Source: the human T2T-CHM13v2.0 reference genome, Homo sapiens
DNA length: 64,000 nucleotides
NCBI GenBank assembly: GCA_009914755.4
Contig: CP086569.2
Coordinates: 48,352,001 to 48,416,000 of the forward strand
Direction of reading: 5' to 3'
The notes under the pieces are model-generated. The model was not told the origin of the DNA. It worked only from the letters and a program-made list of their open reading frames with translations, and did not search any database. Of the stretch, positions 15,401 to 30,224 are shown piece by piece; within the stretch, counting starts at the first letter, position 1, and every line of letters begins with the position of its first letter. Both the position numbers and the translations under genes were made by a program.

Positions 15401-15984
15401 TTAATAAAATAGGACCAAATGTAATGGAATGGAATGGAAAGGAATCGAAACGAAAGGAATGGAGACAGATGGAATGGAATGGAACAGAGAGCAATGGTAT
15501 AGAATGGAATGGAATCATCTGGAATGGAATTGAATGGAATGGAATAATATGAAATGGAATGGAATGGAATGGAATGGAATGCCCTTGAATTAAATGGACT
15601 GGAATGGAATGGACTCGAACAGAGTGGAATGGAAAGTGTTGAGATAGAATGGAATGGACTCGTTTGGAATGGTCTAGTAGGCAATGCAATCGACTGGCAG
15701 GGAATCAAAAGGAATGTAATCGAATGGATTGGACTGGAATGCAATGGACTCGAATAGATTGCAAACGGAATGCAAAGGAATGGAATGGAATAGTATGGAA
15801 TGGAATGGAAAGGAATGGAGTGGACTAGACTAGAGTGGAATGGAATGGACTGGAAAGAAATGGACTGGAATGGAACTTTCTTGAATGGACAGGAATCAAA
15901 CGGAATGGAATGCAATGCAATCAAATGGCATGGAATAAAATAGAATGAAAGAGAATCAAATGGAATTGAATCGAATGGAATCGA
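12416..15984 (+). repeat. HSat3 HOR unit 4 (3569 bp)
   Basis: Anchor spacing. Contains the longest pure (aatgg)n run in the window, at ~13741-13850. Confidence 0.75.
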
Positions 15985-18900
15985 ATGGATTGGAAAGGAA
16001 TAGAATGGAATGGAATGGAATTGACTCAAATGGAATGGACTAGAATGGAATGGATTCGAATGGAAGGCAAAGGAATGGAATCTATTGGAATGGACTGTAA
16101 TGGAATGGAATGGAAGGGATTGGAATGGACTCGAATGGAATGGACTGCAATAGAAAGGATTCGAATGGAATGAAAAAGAATTGAATGGAATAGAACAGAA
16201 TGGAATCAAATCGAATGAAATGGAATGGAATAGAAAGGAATGGAATGAAATGGAATGGAAAGGATTCGAATGGAATGCAATCGAATGGAATGGAATCGAA
16301 CGGAATGGAATAAAATGGAAGAAAACTGGCAAGAAATGGAATCGAAATGAATGGAGTGTTATGGAACGGACTCAAAAGGAATTGAATGTAATAGAATGGA
16401 GTGGAGTGGACTCGAATATAATGGACTGGAATGGAATGAAATCACATGGAATGGGAACGAATGGAATGGAATGGAAAGGAATGGAATCGAATGGAAAGGA
16501 ATCGAATGGAAGGGAATGTAATTGAATCAACAGGAATGGAAGGGAATAGAATAGACGGTAATGGAATGGACTCGAATTGAATGGACACGAATGCTCAAAT
16601 TGAATGGACTCGAATGGAATGGAAACGAAAGGAATGTCATCGAATGGAATTGAATCGATTGGAATGAAATCGCATAGAATGGAGTGGAATCAAATGGAAT
16701 TGAATCGAAAGGAAAGGAAGCGAATGGACTGAAATGAAATGGAATGGAATTGAATGGAAAGTAATGCAATGGAATAGAATGGAACGAAATTTCACGGAAT
16801 GGAATCAAACTGAATGGAATCAAATCAATGGAATCTAATCAAATGGAATGGAAAGGAATTGAATGGAGTAGATTGGATTGGATGGGATTGGAATGAAATG
16901 TACTGGAAAGGACTCGAATTTCATGAAACGGAATGGAATGAATTGGAACGGAATGGACTCGAATGGAATGGAATGTCATGGAATGGCATCAAATGGAATG
17001 GCATCAAATGGAATGGAATCGAATGCAATGGAATGCTATGGAATGGAATGGAATGCATTGGAATGGAATGTCCTCTAATGGAATGGATTCGAGTGGAATG
17101 GCATCGAATATAATGGAGTCGAATGAAATGGAATTGAAAAGAATGGGATCGAATACAATGGAATATACTGGAATGTAATGTAATGAACTCGAATGTAATT
17201 GACTGGAATGGAATGTACATGAATGGAATGTAATCGAATGGAAAGTAATCCAATGGAATAGAATCTAATGCAATAAAATCGACTCAAATAGAGTAGAATG
17301 TAATGGAATGGAGTGCAGTGCAATGGAATGGAATGGAATGGAATGCAATGGAATGGAATGGAATGGAATGGAATTTAATGGAATGGGATGGAATGGTATG
17401 GAATGGATAGTAATGGACTGGAGTGAAATGGACTGGAAAGGAATGGACTCAAATTGAAAGGGCTCGAAAGGAATGGAGTCAAATGGAATGGTCTGGAATG
17501 GAATGAACACGAATGTAATGCAATCCAATAGAATGGAATCGAATGGCATGGAATATAAAGAAATGGAATCGAAGAGAATGGAAACAAATGGAATGGAATT
17601 GAATGGAATGGAATTGAATGGAATGGGAACGAATGGAGTGAAATTGTATGCAGTAGAAGGGAATAGAATGGAATGCAAGCGAAAGGAAAGGAATGGATTG
17701 GAATGGAATGGAATTCATTGGAATGGAAGGGAATGTAGTGTAATGGACAGGTCTGGAATAAAGTGGAATGCTACGGTCTCGAATGGAATAAAAATGTATG
17801 GAATGGAATGCAATGAAACGGAATCGAATGTCATAGAATGTAATGGAATGCAAAAAAATGGAATCCAAAATCATTGACTGGAAAGGCTGGGTGTCGAAAG
17901 GAATTGACTCCAATGGAATGGAATCGAATGGAATGGAAGTGAATAGAATCGAACTAAATCGAATGGAATGGAATTGATAGGAACGGAATGGAAAGGAATG
18001 CAATGATTTGGCATGGAATGGAATCGAATGGCATCGAATGGAATGGAATGGAATGCAATGGAATGGAATGTATTAGAATGTAATGAACTTTAATGGAATG
18101 TACTCGAATGGATTCGACTGGAATGGAATGTTCTGGAAGTGAATGGACTCCAACGGAATGGATTCCAAAGGAATGGAATCGTACGGAATGGAATCTAATG
18201 GAATGGAATTAAATGGAAATGAATCAAATTGAATAGCACGGAATTGAATTGAATGGAATGGAATGCAATGGAATCTAATGAAACGGAAAGGAAAGGAATG
18301 GAATGGAATGGAATGGGCTGGAATGGAAAGGAATCGAAACGAATGGAATGGAATCGAACTGAAGAGACTGGAATGGAATGCACTGGAATGGAAGGGAGTG
18401 TAATGGAAGGTTGTCGAAAAAAATGGAATAGAATGGAATGGAATTGAATGGAACGGAATAGAGTCGAATGGAATTGAATGGAATGGAATGGACTAGAGTG
18501 AAATGGAATCGAACCACAAGGGATGGACAGGAATAGAATGGTCTCGAATTGAATGGAATCGTATGGAATGGCATCAAACGGAATGGAATGGACAGCCACG
18601 GAATGGAATGCACTCGAATGCAATGGAGTCGAAACTAATGGACTGGAATAGAATGGACTCGACTGGTACGGACTCCAATGGAATGGAATCGAATGGAAGG
18701 GAATCGAACGGAATGGACTCGAAGGGAAAAGACTGCAATGGAAAGGTCTCGAATGGAATGGAAATTAATGGAATGGAATGGAATCGAATGAAATGGAGTC
18801 AAAAGGAATGGAATCGAATGGCAAGAAATCGAATGTAATGGAATCGCAAGGAATTGATGTGAACGGAACGGAATGGAATGGAATCCAAAGGAATGGAATA

Positions 18901-19543
18901 GAATGGAATGGAATCGAATGGAAAGGACTCGAATGGAAATCACTCGAATAGAATGCAATTTAATAAAATAGGACCAAATGTAATGGAATGGAATGGAAAG
19001 GAATCGAAACGAAAGGAATGGAGACAGATGGAATGGAATGGAACAGAGAGCAATGGTATAGAATGGAATGGAATCATCTGGAATGGAATTGAATGGAATG
19101 GAATAATATGAAATGGAATGGAATGGAATGGAATGGAATGCCCTTGAATTAAATGGACTGGAATGGAATGGACTCGAACAGAGTGGAATGGAAAGTGTTG
19201 AGATAGAATGGAATGGACTCGTTTGGAATGGTCTAGTAGGCAATGCAATCGACTGGCAGGGAATCAAAAGGAATGTAATCGAATGGATTGGACTGGAATG
19301 CAATGGACTCGAATAGATTGCAAACGGAATGCAAAGGAATGGAATGGAATAGTATGGAATGGAATGGAAAGGAATGGAGTGGAATAGACTAGAGTGGAAT
19401 GGAATGGACTGGAAAGAAATGGACTGGAATGGATCTTTCTTGAATGGACAGGAATCAAACGGAATGGAATGCAATGCAATCAAATGGCATGGAATAAAAT
19501 AGAATGAAAGAGAATCAAATGGAATTGAATCGAATGGAATCGA
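15985..19543 (+). repeat. HSat3 HOR unit 5 (3559 bp), subfamily 'd'
   Basis: Anchor spacing. Shares private variants with unit 6: 'ggcatcgaatataatgg' (17099-17115), 'ttgaaaagaatggg' (17135-17148), 'ctcaaatagag', and 'gaatgtaattgaatc' (16514-16528). Confidence 0.75.
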
Positions 19544-22500
19544 ATGGATTGGAAAGGAATAGAATGGAATGGAATGGAATTGACTCAAATGGAATGGACT
19601 AGAATGGAATGGATTCGAATGGAAGGCAAAGGAATGGAATCTATTGGAATGGACTGTAATGGAATGGAATGGAAGGGATTGGAATGGACTCGAATGGAAT
19701 GGACTGCAATAGAAAGGATTCGAATGGAATGAAAAAGAATTGAATGGAATAGAACAGAATGGAATCAAATCGAATGAAATGGAATGGAATAGAAAGGAAT
19801 GGAATGAAATGGAATGGAAAGGATTCGAATGGAATGCAATCGAATGGAATGGAATCGAACGGAATGGAATAAAATGGAAGAAAACTGGCAAGAAATGGAA
19901 TCGAAATGAATGGAGTGTTATGGAACGGACTCAAAAGGAATTGAATGTAATAGAATGGAGTGGAGTGGACTCGAATATAATGGACTGGAATGGAATGAAA
20001 TCACATGGAATGGGAACGAATGGAATGGAATGGAAAGGAATGGAATCGAATGGAAAGGAATCGAATGGAAGGGAATGTAATTGAATCAACAGGAATGGAA
20101 GGGAATAGAATAGACGGTAATGGAATGGACTCGAATTGAATGGACACGAATGCTCAAATTGAATGGACTCGAATGGAATGGAAACGAAAGGAATGTCATC
20201 GAATGGAATTGAATCGATTGGAATGAAATCGCATAGAATGGAGTGGAATCAAATGGAATTGAATCGAAAGGAAAGGAAGCGAATGGACTGAAATGAAATG
20301 GAATGGAATTGAATGGAAAGTAATGCAATGGAATAGAATGGAACGAAATTTCACGGAATGGAATCAAACTGAATGGAATCAAATCAATGGAATCTAATCA
20401 AATGGAATGGAAAGGAATTGAATGGAGTAGATTGGATTGGATGGGATTGGAATGAAATGTACTGGAAAGGACTCGAATTTCATGAAACGGAATGGAATGA
20501 ATTGGAACGGAATGGACTCGAATGGAATGGAATGTCATGGAATGGCATCAAATGGAATGGCATCAAATGGAATGGAATCGAATGCAATGGAATGCTATGG
20601 AATGGAATGGAATGCATTGGAATGGAATGTCCTCTAATGGAATGGATTCGAGTGGAATGGCATCGAATATAATGGAGTCGAATGAAATGGAATTGAAAAG
20701 AATGGGATCGAATACAATGGAATATACTGGAATGTAATGTAATGAACTCGAATGTAATTGACTGGAATGGAATGTACATGAATGGAATGTAATCGAATGG
20801 AAAGTAATCCAATGGAATAGAATCTAATGCAATAAAATCGACTCAAATAGAGTAGAATGTAATGGAATGGAGTGCAGTGCAATGGAATGGAATGGAATGG
20901 AATGCAATGGAATGGAATGGAATGGAATGGAATGGAATTTAATGGAATGGGATGGAATGGTATGGAATGGATAGTAATGGACTGGAGTGAAATGGACTGG
21001 AAAGGAATGGACTCAAATTGAAAGGGCTCGAAAGGAATGGAGTCAAATGGAATGGTCTGGAATGGAATGAACACGAATGTAATGCAATCCAATAGAATGG
21101 AATCGAATGGCATGGAATATAAAGAAATGGAATCGAAGAGAATGGAAACAAATGGAATGGAATTGAATGGAATGGAATTGAATGGAATGGGAACGAATGG
21201 AGTGAAATTGTATGCAGTAGAAGGGAATAGAATGGAATGCAAGCGAAAGGAAAGGAATGGATTGGAATGGAATGGAATTCATTGGAATGGAAGGGAATGT
21301 AGTGTAATGGACAGGTCTGGAATAAAGTGGAATGCTACGGTCTCGAATGGAATAAAAATGTATGGAATGGAATGCAATGAAACGGAATCGAATGTCATAG
21401 AATGTAATGGAATGCAAAAAAATGGAATCCAAAATCATTGACTGGAAAGGCTGGGTGTCGAAAGGAATTGACTCCAATGGAATGGAATCGAATGGAATGG
21501 AAGTGAATAGAATCGAACTAAATCGAATGGAATGGAATTGATAGGAACGGAATGGAAAGGAATGCAATGATTTGGCATGGAATGGAATCGAATGGCATCG
21601 AATGGAATGGAATGGAATGCAATGGAATGGAATGTATTAGAATGTAATGAACTTTAATGGAATGTACTCGAATGGATTCGACTGGAATGGAATGTTCTGG
21701 AAGTGAATGGACTCCAACGGAATGGATTCCAAAGGAATGGAATCGTACGGAATGGAATCTAATGGAATGGAATTAAATGGAAATGAATCAAATTGAATAG
21801 CACGGAATAGAATTGAATGGAATGGAATGCAATGGAATCTAATGAAACGGAAAGGAAAGGAATGGAATGGAATGGAATGGGCTGGAATGGAAAGGAATCG
21901 AAACGAATGGAATGGAATCGAACTGAAGAGACTGGAATGGAATGCACTGGAATGGAAGGGAGTGTAATGGAAGGTTGTCGAAAAAAATGGAATCGAATGG
22001 AATGGAATTGAATGGAACGGAATAGAGTCGAATGGAATTGAATGGAATGGAATGGACTAGAGTGAAATGGAATCGAACCACAAGGGATGGACAGGAATAG
22101 AATGGTCTCGAATTGAATGGAATCGTATGGAATGGCATCAAACGGAATGGAATGGACAGCCACGGAATGGAATGCACTCGAATGCAATGGAGTCGAAACT
22201 AATGGACTGGAATAGAATGGACTCGACTGGTACGGACTGCAATGGAATGGAATCGAATGGAAGGGAATCGAACGGAATGGACTCGAAGGGAAAAGACTGC
22301 AATGGAAAGGTCTCCAATGGAATGGAAATTAATGGAATGGAATGGAATCGAATGAAATGGAGTCAAAAGGAATGGAATCGAATGGCAAGAAATCGAATGT
22401 AATGGAATCGCAAGGAATTGATGTGAACGGAACGGAATGGAATGGAATCCAAAGGAATGGAATAGAATGGAATGGAATCGAATGGAAAGGACTCGAATGG

Positions 22501-23106
22501 AAATCACTCGAATAGAATGCAATTTAATAAAATAGGATCAAATGTAATGGAATGGAATGGAAAGGAATCGAAACGAAAGGAATGGAGACAGATGGAATGG
22601 AATGGAACAGAGAGCAATGGTATAGAATGGAATGGAATCATCTGGAATGGAATTGAATGGAATGGAATAATATGAAATGGAATGGAATGGAATGGAATGG
22701 AATGCCTTGAATTAAATGGACTGGAATGGAATGGACTCGAACAGAGTGGAATGGAAAGTGTTGAGATAGAATGGAATGGACTCCTTTGGAATGGTCTAGT
22801 ATGCAATGCAATCGACTGGTAGGGAATCAAAAGGAATGTAATCGAATGGATTGGACTGGAATGCAATGGACTCGAATAGATTGGAAACGGAATGCAAAGG
22901 AATGGAATGGAATAGTATGGAATGGAATGGAAAGGAATGGAGTGGAATAGACTAGAGTGGAATGGAATGGACTGGAAAGCAATAGACTGGAATGGAACTT
23001 TCTTGAATGGACTGGAATCAAACGGAATGGAATGCAATGCAATCAAATGGCATGGAATAAAATAGAATGAAAGAGAATCAAATGGAATTGAATCGAATGG
23101 AATCGA
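19544..23106 (+). repeat. HSat3 HOR unit 6 (3563 bp), subfamily 'd', near-identical to unit 5
   Basis: Same private variants as unit 5 (20653-20669, 20689-20702, 20073-20087), implying a recent single-unit tandem duplication. Confidence 0.75.
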
Positions 23107-26100
23107 ATGGATTGGAAAGGAATAGAATGGAATGGAATGGAATTGACTCAAATGGAATGGACTAGAATGGAATGGATTCGAATGGAAGGCAAAGGAATGG
23201 AATCTATTGGAATGGACTGTAATGGAATGGAATGGAAGGGATTGGAATGGACTCGAATGGAATGGACTGCAATAGAAAGGATTCGAATGGAATGAAAAAG
23301 AATTGAATGGAATAGAACAGAATGGAATCAAATCGAATGAAATGGAATGGAATAGAAAGGAATGGAATGAAATGGAATGGAAAGGATTCGAATGGAATGC
23401 AATCGAATGGAATGGAATCGAACGGAATGGAATAAAATGGAAGAAAACAGGCAAGAAATGGAATCGAAATGAATGGAGTGTTATGGAACGGACTCAAAAG
23501 GAATTGAATGTAATAGAATGGAGTGGAGTGGACTCGAATATAATGGACTGGAATGGAATGAAATCACATGGAATGGGAACGAATGGAATTGAATGGAAAG
23601 GAATGGAATCGAATGGAAAGGAATCGAATGGAAGGGAATGAAATTGAATCAACAGGAATGGAAGGGAATAGAATAGACGGTAATGGAATGGACTCGAATA
23701 GAATGGACACGAATGCTCAAATTGAATGGACTCGAATGGAATGGAAACGAAAGGAATGTCATCGAATGGAATTGAATCGATTGGAATGAAATCGCATAGA
23801 ATGGAGTGGAATCAAATGGAATTGAATCGAAAGGAAAGGAAGCGAATGGACTGAAATGAAATGGAATGGAATTGAATGGAAAGTAATGCAATGGAATAGA
23901 ATGGAACGAAATTTCACGGAATGGAATCAAACTGAATGGAATCAAATCAATGGAATCTAATCAAATGGAATGGAAGGGAATTGAATGGAGTAGATTGGAT
24001 TGGATGGGATTGGAATGAAATGTACTGGAAAGGACTCGAATTTCATGAAACGGAATGGAATGAATTGGAACGGAATGGACTCGAATGGAATGGAATGTCA
24101 TGGAATGGCATCAAATGGAATGGCATCAAATGGAATGGAATCGAATGCAATGGAATGTTATGGAATGGAATGGAATGCATTGGAATGGAATGTCCTCTAA
24201 TGGAATGGATTCGAGTGGAATGGAATCGAATATAATGGAGTCGAATGAAATGGAATTGAAAGGAATGGGATCGAATAGAATGGAATATACTGGAATGTAA
24301 TGTAATGAACTCGAATGTAATTGACTGGAATGGAATGTACATGAATGGAATGTAATCGAATGGAAAGTAATCCAATGGAATAGAATCTAATGCAATAAAA
24401 TCGACTCAGATAGAGTAGAATGTAATGGAATGGAGTGCAGTGCAATGCAATGGAATGGAATGGAATGCAATGGAATGGAATGGAATGGAATGGAATGGAA
24501 TGGAATGGAATGGAATGGAATGGGATGGAATGGTATGGAATGGATAGTAATGGACTGGAGTGAAATGGACTGGAAAGGAATGGACTCAAATTGAAAGGGC
24601 TCGAAAGGAATGGATTCAAATGGAATGGTCTGGAATGGAATGAACACGAAAGTAATGCAATCCAATAGAATGGAATCGAATGGCATGGAATATAAAGAAA
24701 TGGAATCGAAGAGAATGGAAACAAATGGAATGGAATTGAATGGAATGGAATTGAATGGAATGGGAACGAATGGAGTGAAATTGTATGCAGTAGAAGGGAA
24801 TAGAATGGAATGCAAGCGAAAGGAAAGGAATGGATTGGAATGGAATGGAATTCATTGGAATGGAAGGGAATGTAGTGTAATGGACAGGCCTGGAATAAAG
24901 TGGAATGCTACGGTCTCGAATGGAATAAAAATGTATGGAATGGAATGCAATGAAACGGAATCGAATGTCATAGAATGTAATGGAATGCAACAAAATGGAA
25001 TCCAAAATCATTGACTGGAAAGGCTGGGTGTCGAAAGGAATTGACTCCAATGGAATGGAATCGAATGGAATGGAAGTGAATAGAATCGAACTAAATCGAA
25101 TGGAATGGAATTGATAGGAACGGAATGGAAAGGAATGCAATGATTTGGCATGGAATGGAATCGAATGACATCGAATGGAATGGAATGGAATGCAATGGAA
25201 TGGAATGTATTAGAATGTAATGAACTTTAATGGAATGTACTCGAATGGATTCGACTGGAATGGAATGTTCTGGAAGTGAATGGACTCCAATGGAATGGAT
25301 TCCAAAGGAATGGAATCGTACGGAATGGAATCTAATGGAATGGAATTAAATGGAAATGAATCAAATTGAATAGCACGGAATTGAATTGAATGGAATGGAA
25401 TGCAATGGAATCTAATGAAACGGAAAGGAAAGGAATGGAATGGAATGGAATGGGCTGGAATGGAAAGGAATCGAAACGAATGGAATGGAATCGAACTGAA
25501 GAGACTGGAATGGAATGCACTGGAATGGAAGGGAGAGTAATGGAAGGTTCTCGAAAAAAATGGAATGGAATGGAATGGAATTGAATGGAACGGAATAGAG
25601 TCGAATGGAATTGAATGGAATGGAATGGACTAGAGTGAAATGGAATCGAACCACAAGGAATGGACAGGAATAGAATGGTCTCGAATTGAATGGAATCGTA
25701 TGGAATGGCATCAAACGGAATGGAATGGACAGCCACTGAATGGAATGCACTCGAATGCAATGGAGTCGAAACTAATGGACTGGAATAGAATGGACTCGAC
25801 TGGTACGGACTCCAATGGAATGGAATCGAATGGAAGGGAATCGAACGGAATGGACTCGAAGGGAAAAGACTGCAATGGAAAGGTCTCCAATGGAATGGAA
25901 ATTAATGGAATGGAATGGAATCGAATGAAATGGAGTCAAAAGGAATGGAATCGAATGGCAAGAAATCGAATGTAATGGAATCGCAAGGAATTGATGTGAA
26001 CGGAACGGAATGGAATGGAATCCAAAGGAATGGAATAGAATGGAATGGAATCGAATGGAAAGGACTCGAATGGAAATCACTCGAATAGAATGCAATTTAA

Positions 26101-26680
26101 TAAAATAGGATCAAATGTAATGGAATGGAATGGAAAGGAATCGAAACGAAAGGAATGGAGACAGATGGAATGGAATGGAACAGAGAGCAATGGTATAGAA
26201 TGGAATGGAATCATCTGGAATGGAATTGAATGGAATGGAATAATATGAAATGGAATGGAATGGAATGGAATGGAATGCCCTTGAATTAAATGGACTGGAA
26301 TGGAATGGACTCGAACAGAGTGGAATGGAAAGTGTTGAGATAGAATGGAATGGACTCCTTTGGAATGGTGTAGTATGCAATGCAATCGACTGGCAGGGAA
26401 TCAAAAGGAATGTAATGGAATGGACTGGACTGGAATGCAATGGACTCGAATAGATTGGAAACGGAATGCAAAGGAATGGAATGGAATAGTATGGAATGGA
26501 ATGGAAAGGAATGGAGTGGAATAGACTAGAGTGGAATGGAATGGACTGGAAAGCAATGGACTGGAATGGATCTTTCTTGAATGGACTGGAATCAAACGGA
26601 ATGGAATGCAATGCAATCAAATGGCATGGAATAAAATAGAATGAAAGAGAATCAAATGGAATTGAATCGAATGGAATCGA
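23107..26680 (+). repeat. HSat3 HOR unit 7 (3574 bp)
   Basis: Anchor spacing. Shares the 'gaatagaatggaatatac' (R) and 'gaatgttatgg' variants with unit 3 (8115-8330 versus 24085-24300). Confidence 0.75.
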
Positions 26681-29600
26681 ATGGATTGGAAAGGAATAGA
26701 ATGGAATGGAATGGAATTGACTCAAATGGAATGGACTAGAATGGAATGGATTCGAATGGAAGGCAAAGGAATGGAATCTATTGGAATGGACTGTAATGGA
26801 ATGGAATGGAAGGGATTGGAATGGACTCGAATGGAATGGACTGCAATAGAAAGGATTCGAATGGAATGAAAAAGAATTGAATGGAATAGAACAGAATGGA
26901 ATCAAATCGAATGAAATGGAATGGAATAGAAAGGAATGGAATGAAATGGAATGGAAAGGATTCGAATGGAATGCAATCGAATGGAATGGAATCGAACGGA
27001 ATGGAATAAAATGGAAGAAAACTGGCAAGAAATGGAATCGAAATGAATGGAGTGTTATGGAACGGACTCAAAAGGAATTGAATGTAATAGAATGGAGTGG
27101 AGTGGACTCGAATATAATGGACTGTAATGGAATGAAATCACATGGAATGGGAACGAATGGAATGAAATGGAAAGGAATGGAATCGAATGGAAAGGAATCG
27201 AATGGAAGGGAATGAAATTGAATCAACAGGAATGGAAGGGAATAGAATAGACGGTAATGGAATGGACTCGAATAGAATGGACACGAATGCTCAAATTGAA
27301 TGGACTCGAATGGAATGGAAAGGAAAGGAATGTCATCGAATGGAATTGAATCGATTGGAATGAAATCGCATAGAATGGAGTGGAATCAAATGGAATTGAA
27401 TCGAAAGGAAAGGAAGCGAATGGACTGAAATGAAATGGAATGGAATTGAATGGAAAGTAATGCAATGGAATAGAATGGAACGAAATTTCACGGAATGGAA
27501 TCAAACTGAATGGAATCAAATCAATGGAATCCAATCAAATGGAATGGAGTAGATTGGATTGGATGGGATTGGAATGAAATGTACTGGAAAGGACTCGAAT
27601 TTCATGAAACGGAATGGAATGAATTGGAACGGAATGGACTCGAATGGAATGGAATGTCATAGAATGCCATCAAATGGAATGGCATCAAATGGAATGGAAT
27701 CGAATGCAATGGAATGCTATGGAATGGAATGGAATGCATTGGAATGGAATGTCCTCTAATGGAATGGATTCGAGTGGAATGGAATCGAATATAATGGAGT
27801 CGAATGAAATGGAATTGAAAGGAATGGGATCGAATACAATGGAATATACTGGAATGTAATGTAATGAACTCGAATGTAATTGACTGGAATGGAATGTACA
27901 TGAATGGAATGTAATCGAATGGAAAGTAATCCAATGGAATAGAATCTAATGCAATAAAATCGACTCAGATAGAGTAGAATGTAATGGAATGGAGTGCAGT
28001 GCAATGGAATGGAATGGAATGGAATGCAATGGAATGGAGTGGAATGGAATGGAATGGAATGGAATGGAATGGAATGGGATGGAATGGTATGGAATGGATA
28101 GTAATGGACTGGAGTGAAATGGACTGGAAAGGAATGGACTCAAATTGAAAGGGCTCGAAAGGAATGGAGTCAAATGGAATGGTCTGGAATGGAATGAACA
28201 CGAAAGTAATGCAATCCAATAGAATGGAATCGAATGGCATGGAATATAAAGAAATGGAATCGAAGAGAATGGAAACAAATGGAATGGAATTGAATGGAAT
28301 GGAATTGAATGGAATGGGAACGAATGGAGTGAAATTGTATGCAGTAGAAGGGAATAGAATGGAATGCAAGCGAAAGGAAAGGAATGGATTGGAATGGAAT
28401 GGAATTCATTGGAATGGAAGGGAATGTAGTGTAATGGACAGGTCTGGAATAAAGTGGAATGCTACGGTCTCGAATGGAATAAAAATGTATGGAATGGAAT
28501 GCAATGAAACGGAATCGAATGTCATAGAATGTAATGGAATGCAAAAAAATGGAATCCAAAATCATTGACTGGAAAGGCTGGGTGTCGAAAGGAATTGACT
28601 CCAATGGAATGGAATCGAATGGAATGGAAGTGAATAGAATCGAACTAAATCGAATGGAATGGAATTGATAGGAACGGAATGGAAAGGAATGCAATGATTT
28701 GGCATGGAATGGAATCGAATGGCATCGAATGGAATGGAATGGAATGCAATGGAATGGAATGTATTAGAATGTAATGAACTTTAATGGAATGTACTCGAAT
28801 GGATTCGACTGGAATGGAATGTTCTGGAAGTGAATGGACTCCAACGGAATGGATTCCAAAGGAATGGAATCGTACGGAATGGAATCTAATGGAATGGAAT
28901 TAAATGGAAATGAATCAAATTGAATAGCACGGAATTGAATTGAATGGAATGGAATGCAATGGAATCTAATGAAACGGAAAGGAAAGGAATGGAATGGAAT
29001 GGAATGGGCTGGAATGGAAAGGAATCGAAACGAATGGAATGGAATCGAACTGAAGAGACTGGAATGGAATGCACTGGAATGGAAGGGAGTGTAATGGAAG
29101 GTTGTCGAAAAAAATGGAATCGAATGGAATGGAATTGAATGGAACGGAATAGAGTCGAATGGAATTGAATGGAATGGAATGGACTAGAGTGAAATGGAAT
29201 CGAACCACAAGGGATGGACAGGAATAGAATGGTCTCGAATTGAATGGAATCGTATGGAATGGCATCAAACGGAATGGAATGGACAGCCACGGAATGGAAT
29301 GCACTCGAATGCAATGGAGTCGAAACTAATGGACTGGAATAGAATGGACTCGACTGGTACGGACTCCAATGGAATGGAATCGAATGGAAGGGAATCGAAC
29401 GGAATGGACTCGAAGGGAAAAGACTGCAATGGAAAGGTCTCGAATGGAATGGAAATTAATGGAATGGAATGGAATCGAATGAAATGGAGTCAAAAGGAAT
29501 GGAATCGAATGGCAAGAAATCGAATGTAATGGAATCGCAAGGAATTGATGTGAACGGAACGGAATGGAATGGAATCCAAAGGAATGGAATAGAATGGAAT

Positions 29601-30224
29601 GGAAAGGACTCGAATGGAAATCACTCGAATAGAATGCAATTTAATAAAATAGGACCAAATGTAATGGAATGGAATGGAAAGGAATCGAAACGAAAGGAAT
29701 GGAGACAGATGGAATGGAATGGAACAGAGAGCAATGGTATAGAATGGAATGGAATCATCTGGAATGGAATTGAATGGAATGGAATAATATGAAATGGAAT
29801 GGAATGGAATGGAATGGAATGCCCTTGAATTAAATGGACTGGAATGGAATGGACTCGAACAGAGTGGAATGGAAAGTGTTGAGATAGAATGGAATGGACT
29901 CGTTTGGAATGGTCTAGTAGGCAATGCAATCGACTGGCAGGGAATCAAAAGGAATGTAATCGAATGGATTGGACTGGAATGCAATGGACTCGAATAGATT
30001 GCAAACGGAATGCAAAGGAATGGAATGGAATAGTATGGAATGGAATGGAAAGGAATGGAGTGGAATAGACTAGAGTGGAATGGAATGGACTGGAAAGAAA
30101 TGGACTGGAATGGAACTTTCTTGAATGGACAGGAATCAAACGGAATGGAATGCAATGCAATCAAATGGCATGGAATAAAATAGAATGAAAGAGAATCAAA
30201 TGGAATTGAATCGAATGGAATCGA
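26681..30224 (+). repeat. HSat3 HOR unit 8 (3544 bp), subfamily 'a'
   Basis: 15-bp deletion at 27530/27531 ('aaaggaattgaatgg' missing; 'aatccaatcaaatggaatggagtagattgg'), 'gtcatagaatg' variant at 27656-27666, and a 10-bp deletion at 29592/29593. Confidence 0.75.
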